Shown here: positions 18,254 through 27,715 of the stretch, piece after piece
Layout of the letters: every line of letters begins with the position of its first letter
How positions within the stretch are numbered: position 1 is the first letter of the stretch
DNA from: a virus
Virus record (IMG/VR): IMGVR_UViG_3300029736_000011
DNA: 47,409 bases
Direction: 5' to 3' (one strand)
The notes under the pieces: model-generated
What the model saw: the letters and a program-made list of their open reading frames with translations, nothing else
Databases searched by the model: none
Told to the model about the DNA's origin: nothing
Position numbers and translations under genes: made by a program

Positions 18254-18909
18254 GCATGAAGACTCGTATTCAGGACGGCATGATCCGCTTCGAGTTTGAC
18301 GAAGCCGTCCTTCAGACCATCGAAAAGGCCCTGGGGGACATGAAGGGCCAAAGCAGGAAGGTGCTGAAGAACGCGGTCAACGCCACTGCGAAGCAGGCCC
18401 GCTCCGATCTGGCCGACAAGGCCAAAGAGGAATACATGGCGAAGAAGTCCGCGCTCAACTCATCCATGAAGCTGGGCCGGGCCACAGTCTCGAAGCCGGA
18501 GGCCACCATCACCGTCACCGGAGGGACGCTGGAGCTTAAGAAGTTCAAGGCGACCACCCCCAGAAGCGGCGCTAAGGTGCAGATCACGACCGGCGGAACG
18601 CTGAAGCTGATCCAATCCCGTAAGGGGAATAAGGCAAAGGCGTTTCTCGCAACCTTCGCCAGCGGCCACCAGGCCATCGTTCAGCGCCAGTACGGGAAGA
18701 CGTACAAGACCGCGAGCGGCCGGAGTTCCCGACAGGAGAAATGGGGCCGGAGCGCAGATATGACGCAGATCAAGAAGCTGCTCTCTATTTCGGCCCCCAA
18801 AATGATCGGGGACGAGAAGAAGGTCTTCGGCGCCCTTCGCCCGGAGATCTACAGCAACCTCATGGACAACATCCGAAGGGAGATCGACAAGGTGGTGAAC
18901 GCCACATGA
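18250..18909 (+). CDS. Putative head closure / tail-completion protein
   Basis: 219 aa with an ATGA overlap with the previous ORF. Assigned by position only. Confidence 0.5.
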   Translation: MSMKTRIQDGMIRFEFDEAVLQTIEKALGDMKGQSRKVLKNAVNATAKQARSDLADKAKEEYMAKKSALNSSMKLGRATVSKPEATITVTGGTLELKKFKATTPRSGAKVQITTGGTLKLIQSRKGNKAKAFLATFASGHQAIVQRQYGKTYKTASGRSSRQEKWGRSADMTQIKKLLSISAPKMIGDEKKVFGALRPEIYSNLMDNIRREIDKVVNAT

Positions 18910-19370
18910 CCGCAAGAGAGCTTCAAAAAGCCATCATGGAAGACCTCCGGGAGCTTTTCGCAACTGACCAATTCAAGACCCCGGACGGGAAGATGGCGTC
19001 CCCCGGCCTTTACCCGCAGTTCCTGCCGCAGTTGGAGAGCGACGATGACACAGATCCATTCCCCTACATCATCGTCCGCATTGACAGCGGCGGAATTGAG
19101 ACCCAGACCGACCCGCACAAAATCTCGATCATTTTGGTGATCGGTATCTTTGAAGACAGCCTGGAGAACAAAGGCCATGAATCCGTCCTGGAGATCATCG
19201 AACGCATCCAGCAGCACTACGAGGAAACACCGGCGCTGAAGGAGTTTGTCTGCGCCGACCCGTTCAACTGGGCGCTGCAGGATGAACCAAGCTACCCCTA
19301 CTTCTACGGAGCCGTGAACCTGGTCTTCCATGCCCCGGCCCCCAGAGCGAAATGGAGCGAACTCGTATGA
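18906..19370 (+). CDS. Putative tail completion/terminator protein
   Basis: The start was trimmed to ATG 18906, giving 154 aa. Lies upstream of the sheath gene. Confidence 0.5.
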   Translation: MTARELQKAIMEDLRELFATDQFKTPDGKMASPGLYPQFLPQLESDDDTDPFPYIIVRIDSGGIETQTDPHKISIILVIGIFEDSLENKGHESVLEIIERIQQHYEETPALKEFVCADPFNWALQDEPSYPYFYGAVNLVFHAPAPRAKWSELV

Positions 19371-19654
19371 GCACAAGGAAATCAACCCGAAAGGCGGCTG
19401 CGGAGCCGCAGACAAAATTCGTTTACGTCGGCCCTACCATCCTCGGCGTGGCCACGCGGAACACGGTCTACAGCGAAAGGCCGAAGGGGCTGGAAGCAGC
19501 CATCAAGGCAGCGCCGTATATGGCCGGTCTCTGCGTCCCAATCTCCAAGCTGGCTGACGCCATGGCCCAGATCAGCCGAAGCGAGGGCGGTGTTTACACT
19601 CTCTACCAGAGGGCGCTCGCGGAGAGCGCCACCATTCAGAAAGGAGCGAACTAA
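19367..19654 (+). CDS. Hypothetical protein
   Basis: ATGA overlap with the previous ORF. 95 aa. Confidence 0.5.
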   Translation: MSTRKSTRKAAAEPQTKFVYVGPTILGVATRNTVYSERPKGLEAAIKAAPYMAGLCVPISKLADAMAQISRSEGGVYTLYQRALAESATIQKGAN

Positions 19655-19656
19655 CC

Positions 19657-21168
19657 ATGACATACCAGCATGGCGTCCGGGTGCAGGAAAGAGCCACCAG
19701 CATTGTCGCCCCCATCACCGGGACGGCGGGCCTGCAGGTGGTCTTCGGAACCGCACCCATCAACATGGCGGATGACCCCTACAACGTGACCAACACGCCG
19801 GTCATCGCCTACAACTGGGACGAAGCCGTCAGCAAGCTCGGCTACAGCGAGGAAAAGGACGAAGATGGCCACTACCTCTACACCCTCTGCGCCTCCATGT
19901 ATGCCAGCTTTAAGCTGGTGAACGTGGCCCCGGTCATTTTTGTGAACGTGCTCGACCCCAATAAGCACAAGAAGGAAAATGTGGAAGCCACCTACCCCGT
20001 GGAGAGCATGGAGGCGGTCATCCCCATCACCGGCATTCTGCCGGACACCGTCCAGGTCAAGACCGAGACCGACGATACCGTCCTGGAGGCTGAGACAGAC
20101 TACGTCCTCTCCTTCAACGATGACGGCAACCTGGTGGTCACCCTGGTCGCAGGCGGCAAGGGTGCGGAGGCCACGGGGCTGAAGGTCTCCTCCACCTCCA
20201 TCGACCCCACCGTTGTGGAGGCGGATGACATTATCGGAGCCTCCGCCGGGAGCGCGGAGAGCGGCCTCGAAGTGCTCCGCCAGGTCTACCCCAAGTTCGG
20301 CATGACCCCCGGCCTGATCCTTGCCCCCGGCTGGAGCCACATCCCCGACGTGGGCATCGTCCTGGCCGCGAAGTGCCAGGAGATCAACGGCTACTTCTCC
20401 TGCGAGGGCTTCGTGGACATCGACAGCACCCCCAGCGGCTGCACCGCGTACAGCGACGTCAAGACCACCAAAGAGAGCGCCGGATGCACCAACCAGCACA
20501 TCATGGCCCTCTGGCCCTGCGTGGTCTCCGGCTCCATCAAGTTCTGGTACAGCGCCGTCATGGCGGCACTGACCGCCTACCTGGACGCGAACAACGATGA
20601 CGTGCCCAACCTCTCCCCCTCCAATGAGCTGGTCGGTATCACCGGCACCGTCCTGGCCGACGCCGTCTACACGGAGAATGCCAACGGCACCGGCGGCACC
20701 TGGAGCAAGGAAGTCCTGCTGGATCAGCTGCAGGCCAACGTGGTGAACAGCTTCGGCGTCTCCACTGCCCTCAACAACAACGGCTGGAGAACCTGGGGCA
20801 ACCGCACCGCCGCCTACCCGGCCAACACCGACCCCAAAGACATGTGGTTCTGCTGCCGCCGGTTCTTCTCCTGGTGGGGGAACAGCTTCATCCTGACCTA
20901 TGCGCAAAAGGTGGATGACCCGGCGAACCGCCGCCTCATCGAGAGCATCGTTGACGCGGAAAACATCCGGGGCAACGCCTATGTCGCCCAGGACAAGTGC
21001 GCCGCCGCCCGCATTGAGTTTATCGCGGAGGAAAACTCGGTGACCGACCTGATCAACGGGAAGCTGACCTTCCACCAGCACCTCTCCCCCTACGTTCCGG
21101 CGGAGGACATCCTCAACACGCTGGAATTCGATCCCGACGCTCTGCAGAGCGCCCTGACTGGAGGCTGA
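19657..21168 (+). CDS. Contractile tail sheath protein
   Basis: 503 aa. The N-terminus MTYQHGVRVQE...TGTAGLQVVFGTAPIN is typical of sheath proteins. It precedes the tube gene. Confidence 0.9.
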   Translation: MTYQHGVRVQERATSIVAPITGTAGLQVVFGTAPINMADDPYNVTNTPVIAYNWDEAVSKLGYSEEKDEDGHYLYTLCASMYASFKLVNVAPVIFVNVLDPNKHKKENVEATYPVESMEAVIPITGILPDTVQVKTETDDTVLEAETDYVLSFNDDGNLVVTLVAGGKGAEATGLKVSSTSIDPTVVEADDIIGASAGSAESGLEVLRQVYPKFGMTPGLILAPGWSHIPDVGIVLAAKCQEINGYFSCEGFVDIDSTPSGCTAYSDVKTTKESAGCTNQHIMALWPCVVSGSIKFWYSAVMAALTAYLDANNDDVPNLSPSNELVGITGTVLADAVYTENANGTGGTWSKEVLLDQLQANVVNSFGVSTALNNNGWRTWGNRTAAYPANTDPKDMWFCCRRFFSWWGNSFILTYAQKVDDPANRRLIESIVDAENIRGNAYVAQDKCAAARIEFIAEENSVTDLINGKLTFHQHLSPYVPAEDILNTLEFDPDALQSALTGG

Positions 21169-21173
21169 TCTAA

Positions 21174-21698
21174 ATGGCAATCGTAGGAATTCCTGAAGCC
21201 ATCCACGACTTCAATATGTACCTGACCGGCAACAAGCTCGGCGGCATCACCGGCGAAGTGGAAATGCCTCCGTTTGAGAGCATGACCTCCACCGTCTCCG
21301 GGGCCGGTATTCTTGGGGAATACGAGGCCCCCACCCCCGGCCACTTTGGCAGCATGGAGCAGGAGATCCCCTTCCGCTGCATCAACCGGGACTACTTCAA
21401 CATGGTTGACCCCACCCAGCCCCTGGAGCTGACCCTGAGAGGGGCAATCCAGTACGCGGAAGCGTCCACCCAGGCTACCACCTACATGGGCATGCGCGTG
21501 GTTTTCCGGGGCAAGCCGAAGAACGTCAACATCGGAACCGTGCGCCAGAGAGGCAGCATGGACAGCACCATCACCATGGAGCTTACCTACGTCCTGGTGG
21601 AGATGGACGGCAAGTCGATGATCGAAATCGACAAGATCAACCCCACCTACAAGGTGAACGGCGTAGACGTCCTCTCCAAAGTGAAGCAGCTGACCTAA
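21174..21698 (+). CDS. Tail tube protein (P2 FII-like)
   Basis: 174 aa. IHDFNMYLTGNKLGGITGEVEMPPFE resembles FII-type tube proteins. Confidence 0.85.
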   Translation: MAIVGIPEAIHDFNMYLTGNKLGGITGEVEMPPFESMTSTVSGAGILGEYEAPTPGHFGSMEQEIPFRCINRDYFNMVDPTQPLELTLRGAIQYAEASTQATTYMGMRVVFRGKPKNVNIGTVRQRGSMDSTITMELTYVLVEMDGKSMIEIDKINPTYKVNGVDVLSKVKQLT

Positions 21699-21721
21699 AA
21701 ACCGCATAGGAGGAAAGAATC

Positions 21722-22075
21722 ATGGATCAGCCTATCCCCAGCAAGGCCATCGACACTGTGGAGGCCCCCGCCAATCCGGCGGAGGCCACCACGCTGGTCA
21801 AGTTCGGCAAGCCCTACAAGTTCGAGGGACAGACCTACTCGGAAATCGACCTGGCCGGTATGGACAGCCTCACCGCAGAGGACATGGTCGCCGCAGAGAA
21901 GCACCTGATGCGCAGCGGCGTCTTCTCCCCGCTGCCGGAGATGACTGTGGAGTACGTCCAGTTCATCGCAGCCAGAGCGTCCGGCCAGCCCGTCGAATTT
22001 TTCAAGGGCCTTCCCCCGAAGGACGCCATCAAGGTCAAAAACCGGGTGACCAGTTTTTTCTACGGAGAGGACTGA
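21722..22075 (+). CDS. Tail assembly chaperone (gpE-like), frame-0 product
   Basis: 117 aa between the tube and tape-measure genes. A slippery T6C run lies near the 3' end. Confidence 0.8.
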   Translation: MDQPIPSKAIDTVEAPANPAEATTLVKFGKPYKFEGQTYSEIDLAGMDSLTAEDMVAAEKHLMRSGVFSPLPEMTVEYVQFIAARASGQPVEFFKGLPPKDAIKVKNRVTSFFYGED

Positions 22076-22242
22076 CGCCGGAGGACGGCAAAGACCTCCG
22101 TAGGCTTTGCGTCAGACTTTCCGCGGCGCTTCATTCGGACTTTATCTCCATGACGCGGATGAGCATCGAAGACCTCGTCGAGATCACAAAGGAGGTCATC
22201 AAGATCAGCAAGGAGGCGGAGCGGCGTGGCAAGCGCAAATAA
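21722..22242 (+). CDS. Tail assembly chaperone, -1 frameshift product (gpE+E'-like)
   Basis: The T run at 22054-22059 (agTTTTTTc) allows a -1 slip. The -1 frame is then open to TAA 22240-22242 and reads FFLRRGLTPEDGKDLRRLCVRLSAALHSDFISMTRMSIEDLVEITKEVIKISKEAERRGKRK. Confidence 0.65.
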
Positions 22243-25210
22243 GGGAAAAGAATACAGCCTTGCGGTAAAGATCGCCGGTTCCGTCTCCTCCTCCTTCAAC
22301 AGCGCCATGGGGGCCGCAGAGAACCGGATCAGCGGCCTGGGCACCATTGCAAAACAGGCGGCGGCGGTAGCAGCCGCCGCCTGGGGGGCGCTGAAGATCG
22401 GCGAATTCGTCAAGGATTCCATCCAGTCGGCTGTAAATTTTGAGAGCGCCATGGCGGACGTTGCGAAGGTCGTGGACGGTCTCCGGGATGACAACGGGAA
22501 CCTCACCGACTCCTACTACGCCATGTCGGACTCCATCGTCCAAATGTCGAAGGACATCCCCATGGCGGCAGAGGATCTGGCGGCAATCACCGCATCCGCA
22601 GGCACCGCAGGTATCGCCGCAGAGGAACTCACCACATTTACAGAGACCGCCGCCAAAATGGGAGTGGCCTTTGACACCACCGCCGAACAGGCAGGTGACT
22701 GGATGGCGAAGTGGCGTACCTCCTTCAGCATGGGCCAAGAGGAAGTCACAGCCCTCGCAGACCAAATCAACTACCTATCGAACAACAGCGCATCCACGGC
22801 TTCGGAGCTTTCCACCATCGTGACGGCGGTAGGCCCCCTGGGAGACGTGGCCGGTATTTCCGCAGCCCAAATCGCAGCCCTCGGCTCCACCATGGTCGGC
22901 GTCGGCGTCCAGCAGGACGTAGCAGCCACCGGCATCAAGAAGATGGCCACCACCATGGTGGCCGGAGCATCCGCCACTGATACGCAGGCAGCGGTGCTGG
23001 AGAAGCTGGGCATGGACGCCACTGACCTGGCCGTGCGAATGCAGGATGACGCGGTGGGAGCGATCCTGTCCTTCCTGGACGCCGTCAGCCAGCTGCCAAA
23101 GGCAGAGCAGGCGGCTGCGCTGAAGGACTACTTCGGGCAGGAATCCGTAGGAGCCATCGCCCCGCTTTTGACCAACCTGGACGTCCTACGGCAACGGTTC
23201 GAGATGGTCGCGGATGCGCAGCTTTACGCCGGGAGCATGGATGCGGAGTACGCAGCCAGAGCCGCCACCACTGCGAACAACATCCAGCTCTACGAAAACA
23301 GGATCGCCGCCCTGAAAATCCAAATCGGCGACTACCTTCTTCCCGTGGTCAACAAAGTGCTGGGGGTGGCATCCACCGGCCTGGACTGGATCAGCGGGAA
23401 GGTATCCGCAGCAGAGGGAATAATCTCGACCGCCATCGGAGCAGTGCGGGGAAAGGCGCTGGAGATCTTCGAGGCCATCCGGCCAAAGCTGGAGTCCATC
23501 GGTGCAAAGGCAACGGAGGTCTTTAGCACCCTCGCCGGGTACCTTGGATCGGCATTCGAGGCCGTGCAGCCAGCCCTCAGCTGGATCATCGACGTGGCCA
23601 TCCCGACAGCGGTCGGCGTCGTTTTGGACTTGGTGGACGCCTTCGGTTCAGCCGTACTCGTGGCCCTGGACTTCAAGGAAGTCCTGGTGGCAGCAGCGGC
23701 GGTTTACGGGGCATTCAAGGCCGGGAAGGCACTGCAGAGCATGATCCAGGGATTCCAGCAGGCGAAGGTGACGCTGGCGCTCTTTAAGGCGACCACCCAG
23801 GGAGCGAACATCGCACAAGCGGCCTTCAACGGAACCCTTACCATCGGCGAGACCCTGACCGCCCTCTTCACGGGGCAGGTGACGCTGGCGCAGCTGGCCC
23901 AGGCCGGATGGGCCACCGTGACCGGAGCGGTGACAAAGGCCTTCGGAGCCTTGAACGCCGTCCTCATGGCAAATCCCATCGTTTTGATCGTGACGGCCAT
24001 CGCCGCCGTGATCGCCATCCTGGTAGTCCTCTACACAAAATGCGAGGGCTTCCGCAACTTCGTCAATTCGGTGGCCAGCGCCATCGTCGGCTTCGTGAAG
24101 AACGCAGCCTCGGCCATCGCCGGATTTTTCAAAAACCTCTGGGCCACCATCCAGGGCATCTGGTCGGCGGTTTCCGGCTGGTTTAAGAGCAAGGTGATCG
24201 ACCCGCTGGTGAACTTCTTCGCCCCCATCGTTCAGTGGATCAGCGGCTTCTTCCGGGGCTGCTGGATCATCATCCAGGCGGTCTGGGCGGCAGTCTCCGG
24301 CTGGTTCAAGACCAACGTCATCGACCCCGTGGTGAACTTTTTCGCCCCCATCCCCGGCATCATCGGTGGATTTTTCTCCGGCCTTTGGACTTCCATCCAG
24401 AGCATCTGGGCGACCGTCTCCGGCTGGTTCAACCTCAACGTGATCCAGCCCCTGGTGAACTTCTTCGCACCCATCGTCGAGAACATCGGCGGATTTTTCG
24501 CAAACCTCTGGGCCTCCATCTGCAGCATTTGGCAGGCCGCAGGAGCCTGGTTCTCCGAGAACGTGACCACCCCCATCAACAACGCCTTTCAGACCATCGG
24601 CGACTTCGTGAAGGGAATCTTCAACGGCCTGATCGGCATGGTGGAGGGCATGATCAACCGGATCATCGGGGCCATCAACAGCTTCATCGGTGGCTTTAAC
24701 GACGTGGTCGGCTGGGGCGCATCCTTCATCGGCGTCGATTGGGAGGGCCTTGCAACGATCCCGGAGGTATCCCTCCCCCGGCTGGCCAAGGGCGGCATCG
24801 TGGACAGCCCCACCATCCTGGAGGCAGGCGAAGCCGGAACCGAGGCCATCGTCCCCCTCTCCGAGCTATGGGGCAAGATGCAGGACATGATCTCCGGCCC
24901 CGTCGGATACATGGCCGACAGGGTGTCCGCCCTGGCCGACCGGATGGAGTCCATGGAGATCGGTTCCACCGCCACCCCCATCTCCGAGCTGCTGGCCAAG
25001 CTGCAGGAACTCGGACGCGGCGGAGACCCCGACCCGAACGACCCGGAGAGCGGAGGGCCGGTCTACCACATCACCTACGCCCCGCAGTACTGCTTCGAGG
25101 GCGGAGCGCCCAGCAGAGAGGACATGACCGACGCAGAGCACATCTCCCAGGAGGAATTCGAGCGCCGGATGAATCAGTGGATGAAGGACAACGCAAGAAA
25201 GAGGTTCTAA
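22226..25210 (+). CDS. Tail tape measure protein
   Basis: 994 aa, GTG start with an AGGAGG RBS. Ala-rich helical N-terminal half, hydrophobic segment and internal repeats. Confidence 0.9.
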   Translation: MASANKGKEYSLAVKIAGSVSSSFNSAMGAAENRISGLGTIAKQAAAVAAAAWGALKIGEFVKDSIQSAVNFESAMADVAKVVDGLRDDNGNLTDSYYAMSDSIVQMSKDIPMAAEDLAAITASAGTAGIAAEELTTFTETAAKMGVAFDTTAEQAGDWMAKWRTSFSMGQEEVTALADQINYLSNNSASTASELSTIVTAVGPLGDVAGISAAQIAALGSTMVGVGVQQDVAATGIKKMATTMVAGASATDTQAAVLEKLGMDATDLAVRMQDDAVGAILSFLDAVSQLPKAEQAAALKDYFGQESVGAIAPLLTNLDVLRQRFEMVADAQLYAGSMDAEYAARAATTANNIQLYENRIAALKIQIGDYLLPVVNKVLGVASTGLDWISGKVSAAEGIISTAIGAVRGKALEIFEAIRPKLESIGAKATEVFSTLAGYLGSAFEAVQPALSWIIDVAIPTAVGVVLDLVDAFGSAVLVALDFKEVLVAAAAVYGAFKAGKALQSMIQGFQQAKVTLALFKATTQGANIAQAAFNGTLTIGETLTALFTGQVTLAQLAQAGWATVTGAVTKAFGALNAVLMANPIVLIVTAIAAVIAILVVLYTKCEGFRNFVNSVASAIVGFVKNAASAIAGFFKNLWATIQGIWSAVSGWFKSKVIDPLVNFFAPIVQWISGFFRGCWIIIQAVWAAVSGWFKTNVIDPVVNFFAPIPGIIGGFFSGLWTSIQSIWATVSGWFNLNVIQPLVNFFAPIVENIGGFFANLWASICSIWQAAGAWFSENVTTPINNAFQTIGDFVKGIFNGLIGMVEGMINRIIGAINSFIGGFNDVVGWGASFIGVDWEGLATIPEVSLPRLAKGGIVDSPTILEAGEAGTEAIVPLSELWGKMQDMISGPVGYMADRVSALADRMESMEIGSTATPISELLAKLQELGRGGDPDPNDPESGGPVYHITYAPQYCFEGGAPSREDMTDAEHISQEEFERRMNQWMKDNARKRF
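24122..24613 (+). repeat. Four tandem 123-bp (41-aa) repeats inside the tape measure gene
   Basis: GFFxxLWxxIQxIWxxVSGWFxxNVIxPxVNFFAPI occurs four times in phase. The fourth copy is degenerate. Confidence 0.85.
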
Positions 25211-25213
25211 GCC

Positions 25214-25426
25214 ATGGACACCATCATCACCATCCAGGGCGACACCTGGGACACCATCGCCCGTCGAGCCTACGGGGACGAAAAAGCCGCCCAGGCGCTC
25301 ATGGAGGCCAGGGAGAACGTCCGCCTATTGGACTATCAGATATTCCCCGGCGGCGTCCACGTGGCCGTGCCGGTCTTGCCGGAGGAAACGCAGCAGGACA
25401 GCGGCCTCCCGGAATGGAGGCGATGA
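25214..25426 (+). CDS. LysM-like tail protein (P2 gpX / XkdP-like)
   Basis: 70 aa. IQGDTWDTIARRAYGDEKAAQALMEAR is a LysM-like motif. It follows the tape measure gene. Confidence 0.75.
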   Translation: MDTIITIQGDTWDTIARRAYGDEKAAQALMEARENVRLLDYQIFPGGVHVAVPVLPEETQQDSGLPEWRR

Positions 25427-25429
25427 GCT

Positions 25430-26461
25430 ATGGAACCGCGCAAAGCAACCGTGACCCTGACCTACAACGGAGCAAACGCCACGGAGTCCATCGTCCCCGA
25501 CCTGGCCTCCTTCAGCTACATCGACGTGGCCAGCGGGAGCAGCGACAGCATCAGCGTGGAGCTGACCGACCGGGGCCGACGCTGGATCGGCCCATGGTTC
25601 CCCGTCAAGGGGGACACGCTCAAGCCGGTCATTCAGACCCGGAACTGGAACGGCGACGGGCAGATTCAGGCCTTCGCCTGCGGCACCTTCCAGGTGGACG
25701 ATTTCAGCTTCAGCGGGGGGCCACCCATCCGGCTCAGCCTGGAGGGGCTGGCCCTCCCCGCAGACAGCAGCTTCAAGACCACGCAGCGCACCCTCACCTA
25801 TGAGGACGCCACGCTGCAGGAGATCGGCCAGGAGATCGCAGGCCGTGCCGGTATCGCCCTGTTCTACGAAGCCGACACCATCAACATCAAGCGCATCGAG
25901 CAGACCAACCAGTCGGACTGCGAGTTTTACAACAAGCTGGTCACAGACTACGGCCTGGTGCTGAAGATTTACGACAACCGGCTGGTGGTATTTTCAGAGG
26001 CCCGGTACGAGGCAAAGGCGGCGAAGCTGACCTTGACAGAGGCGGACTTTGAACCCGGCTGGTCTTGGGATACCACCCTGGAGGGCACCTACACCGGCAT
26101 CAAGTACCAGTACACCAACGCAGACCAGAACAAGACCTTCACAGTCGAGGCAGGCGGAGGCAACCGCATCAAGACCAGCAACACCGCCGCCGACAACCTC
26201 TCGGAGGCCATCACCATCGCCCTGGCGGAGCTGAACACCGCCAATAAGGGCACCACCACCATGAGCATCACGCTCAAGGCCCAGCTCGGCCTGATCGCCA
26301 GCGACTGCGTGGAGATCAAAGGCCTGCAGAGGCTGGACGGCAAGTATTACATCGAGAAGATCACCCACAGCATCGGCAGCGGCTACAAAATGGCCCTGGA
26401 GATGCGCCGGGTGGAGGAACGGATCACCACCGTGACCGTGGCAAAAGAAAGCGCCGCATAA
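25430..26461 (+). CDS. Tail/baseplate hub protein (P2 gpD-like)
   Basis: 343 aa. Assigned by position and by the gpD-like C-terminus (KYYIEKITHSIGSGYKMALEM). Confidence 0.75.
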   Translation: MEPRKATVTLTYNGANATESIVPDLASFSYIDVASGSSDSISVELTDRGRRWIGPWFPVKGDTLKPVIQTRNWNGDGQIQAFACGTFQVDDFSFSGGPPIRLSLEGLALPADSSFKTTQRTLTYEDATLQEIGQEIAGRAGIALFYEADTINIKRIEQTNQSDCEFYNKLVTDYGLVLKIYDNRLVVFSEARYEAKAAKLTLTEADFEPGWSWDTTLEGTYTGIKYQYTNADQNKTFTVEAGGGNRIKTSNTAADNLSEAITIALAELNTANKGTTTMSITLKAQLGLIASDCVEIKGLQRLDGKYYIEKITHSIGSGYKMALEMRRVEERITTVTVAKESAA

Positions 26462-26482
26462 CGGCGGGAAAGTGGGAGGCCC

Positions 26483-26986
26483 ATGGACAAGCAGCAGCTC
26501 CTGCGTATCGGCAGGATCTCCAGCTACAACTTCCCGGACGGCACCGCACGGGTGACCTACGACGATAAGGACGGCAGCACCACGCCGGAGATCCCCTTCC
26601 TGGCATGGGAGCACTGGAGACCGAAGATCGGAGACCAGGTGCTGGTGGGCCACCTCTCCAACGGCACCAGCAGGGCCATAATCCTCGGCCCCTTCTGGTA
26701 CGAGGGGCACCGGCCCCACGGTGGCCGGGAGGGCCTCTACCGCCAGGAGTACACAAGCACCCTGGGCGGGGACGCTGCGGAGTACGACGAAAAGACCGCC
26801 TCCCTGACCATTCAGGCAGGCGGCTGCACCATCACCCTGGCAGGCGGCAAGGTCACCGTCGACGCCCCGTCCGGCGTGGAGGTGACCACCACCGTCACTG
26901 CCGCAACAGAGGTGACCGCCGGAGCCATTAAGCTCACGCAGTACACCCACACCGGCGTCCACGGTGAGACCTCTCCGCCCCATTGA
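26483..26986 (+). CDS. Baseplate assembly protein V / spike
   Basis: RIGRISSYNFPDGTARVTY...IGDQVLVGHL...AIILG, and the C-terminal HTHTGVHGETSPP, are typical of gpV. Confidence 0.75.
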   Translation: MDKQQLLRIGRISSYNFPDGTARVTYDDKDGSTTPEIPFLAWEHWRPKIGDQVLVGHLSNGTSRAIILGPFWYEGHRPHGGREGLYRQEYTSTLGGDAAEYDEKTASLTIQAGGCTITLAGGKVTVDAPSGVEVTTTVTAATEVTAGAIKLTQYTHTGVHGETSPPH

Positions 26987-26998
26987 TAGGAGGGCAGC

Positions 26999-27394
26999 AT
27001 GGCAATCGGAAATTGGGGGGCTGACATCGTCTTTCGGGTGAGCGAGCGGGAGGCCCTGCTCCTTCAGAGCCTGAACCGCACCGTCAGCGCCGAATGGGCG
27101 GCGCACAGCCGCATAGGCCTGAAGAACCAGTCAGAATTCATCCGCCCAGGGCTGCAGCAGGTGACGTTCACCATGGTGCTGGACGCCACCCTCGGCATCC
27201 GGCCCAGGGCGAACATCGAGCGCCTGGAGGCCCTGGTGGAGCGGGGGGCGGTAAACACCCTGGTCATTGGAGGCCGGAGGGTGGGCCGACACCGCTGGAA
27301 GATCAACAGCACAAGCGAAGCATGGAACACGATCCTGAACGGCGGCGAGCTGCTGCGAGCCAGCGTCAGCGTGACCATGGAGGAATACCTATGA
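26999..27394 (+). CDS. Tail protein, P2 GpU-like
   Basis: 131 aa. The F.V...L.R...W..HSR.G...EF..PG...TF pattern resembles the GpU family. Confidence 0.6.
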   Translation: MAIGNWGADIVFRVSEREALLLQSLNRTVSAEWAAHSRIGLKNQSEFIRPGLQQVTFTMVLDATLGIRPRANIERLEALVERGAVNTLVIGGRRVGRHRWKINSTSEAWNTILNGGELLRASVSVTMEEYL

Positions 27395-27409
27395 GGGGAG
27401 GAACCGCAG

Positions 27410-27715
27410 GTGGAAGTTGCAGACATTGAGGTCGGCTTCGAGTACGGTGCCGGAGACGGTGCCACGGAGCGAGAGATCATCCGAAACGTGGAGATGATCA
27501 TGGCAACGCCGGTCGGCTCCTCCCCTTTGTACCGGGACTTCGGCGTGGACAACTCCATGCTGGACAAGCCCCTGGACGTGGCCCGCAGCCTATACGCGGT
27601 CGCCGTCATGGAGGCCGTGGACAAGTGGGAGCCGCGAGCCAGGGCGGAGCAAGTGACCCTGACCCCGGAGGCATCCGGGAAACTTCGAGCAAAGGCGGTG
27701 ATCGTGCTTGCTTAA
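27410..27715 (+). CDS. Baseplate wedge protein (gpW / gp25-like)
   Basis: GTG start. IIRNVEMIMATPVGSSPLYRDFGV is typical of GPW_gp25. Confidence 0.8.
   Translation: MEVADIEVGFEYGAGDGATEREIIRNVEMIMATPVGSSPLYRDFGVDNSMLDKPLDVARSLYAVAVMEAVDKWEPRARAEQVTLTPEASGKLRAKAVIVLA

Noticed and set aside
19651-21180. 509-aa minus-strand ORF antisense to the sheath gene
   Set aside because: This is an antisense artefact of high GC content. The sheath assignment on the + strand is strong.
24739-25803. 354-aa + strand alternative-frame ORF spanning the tape measure end, gpX and gpD
   Set aside because: The translation is Arg/Pro/Gly/His-rich and low-complexity. It overlaps three well-supported genes in another frame.
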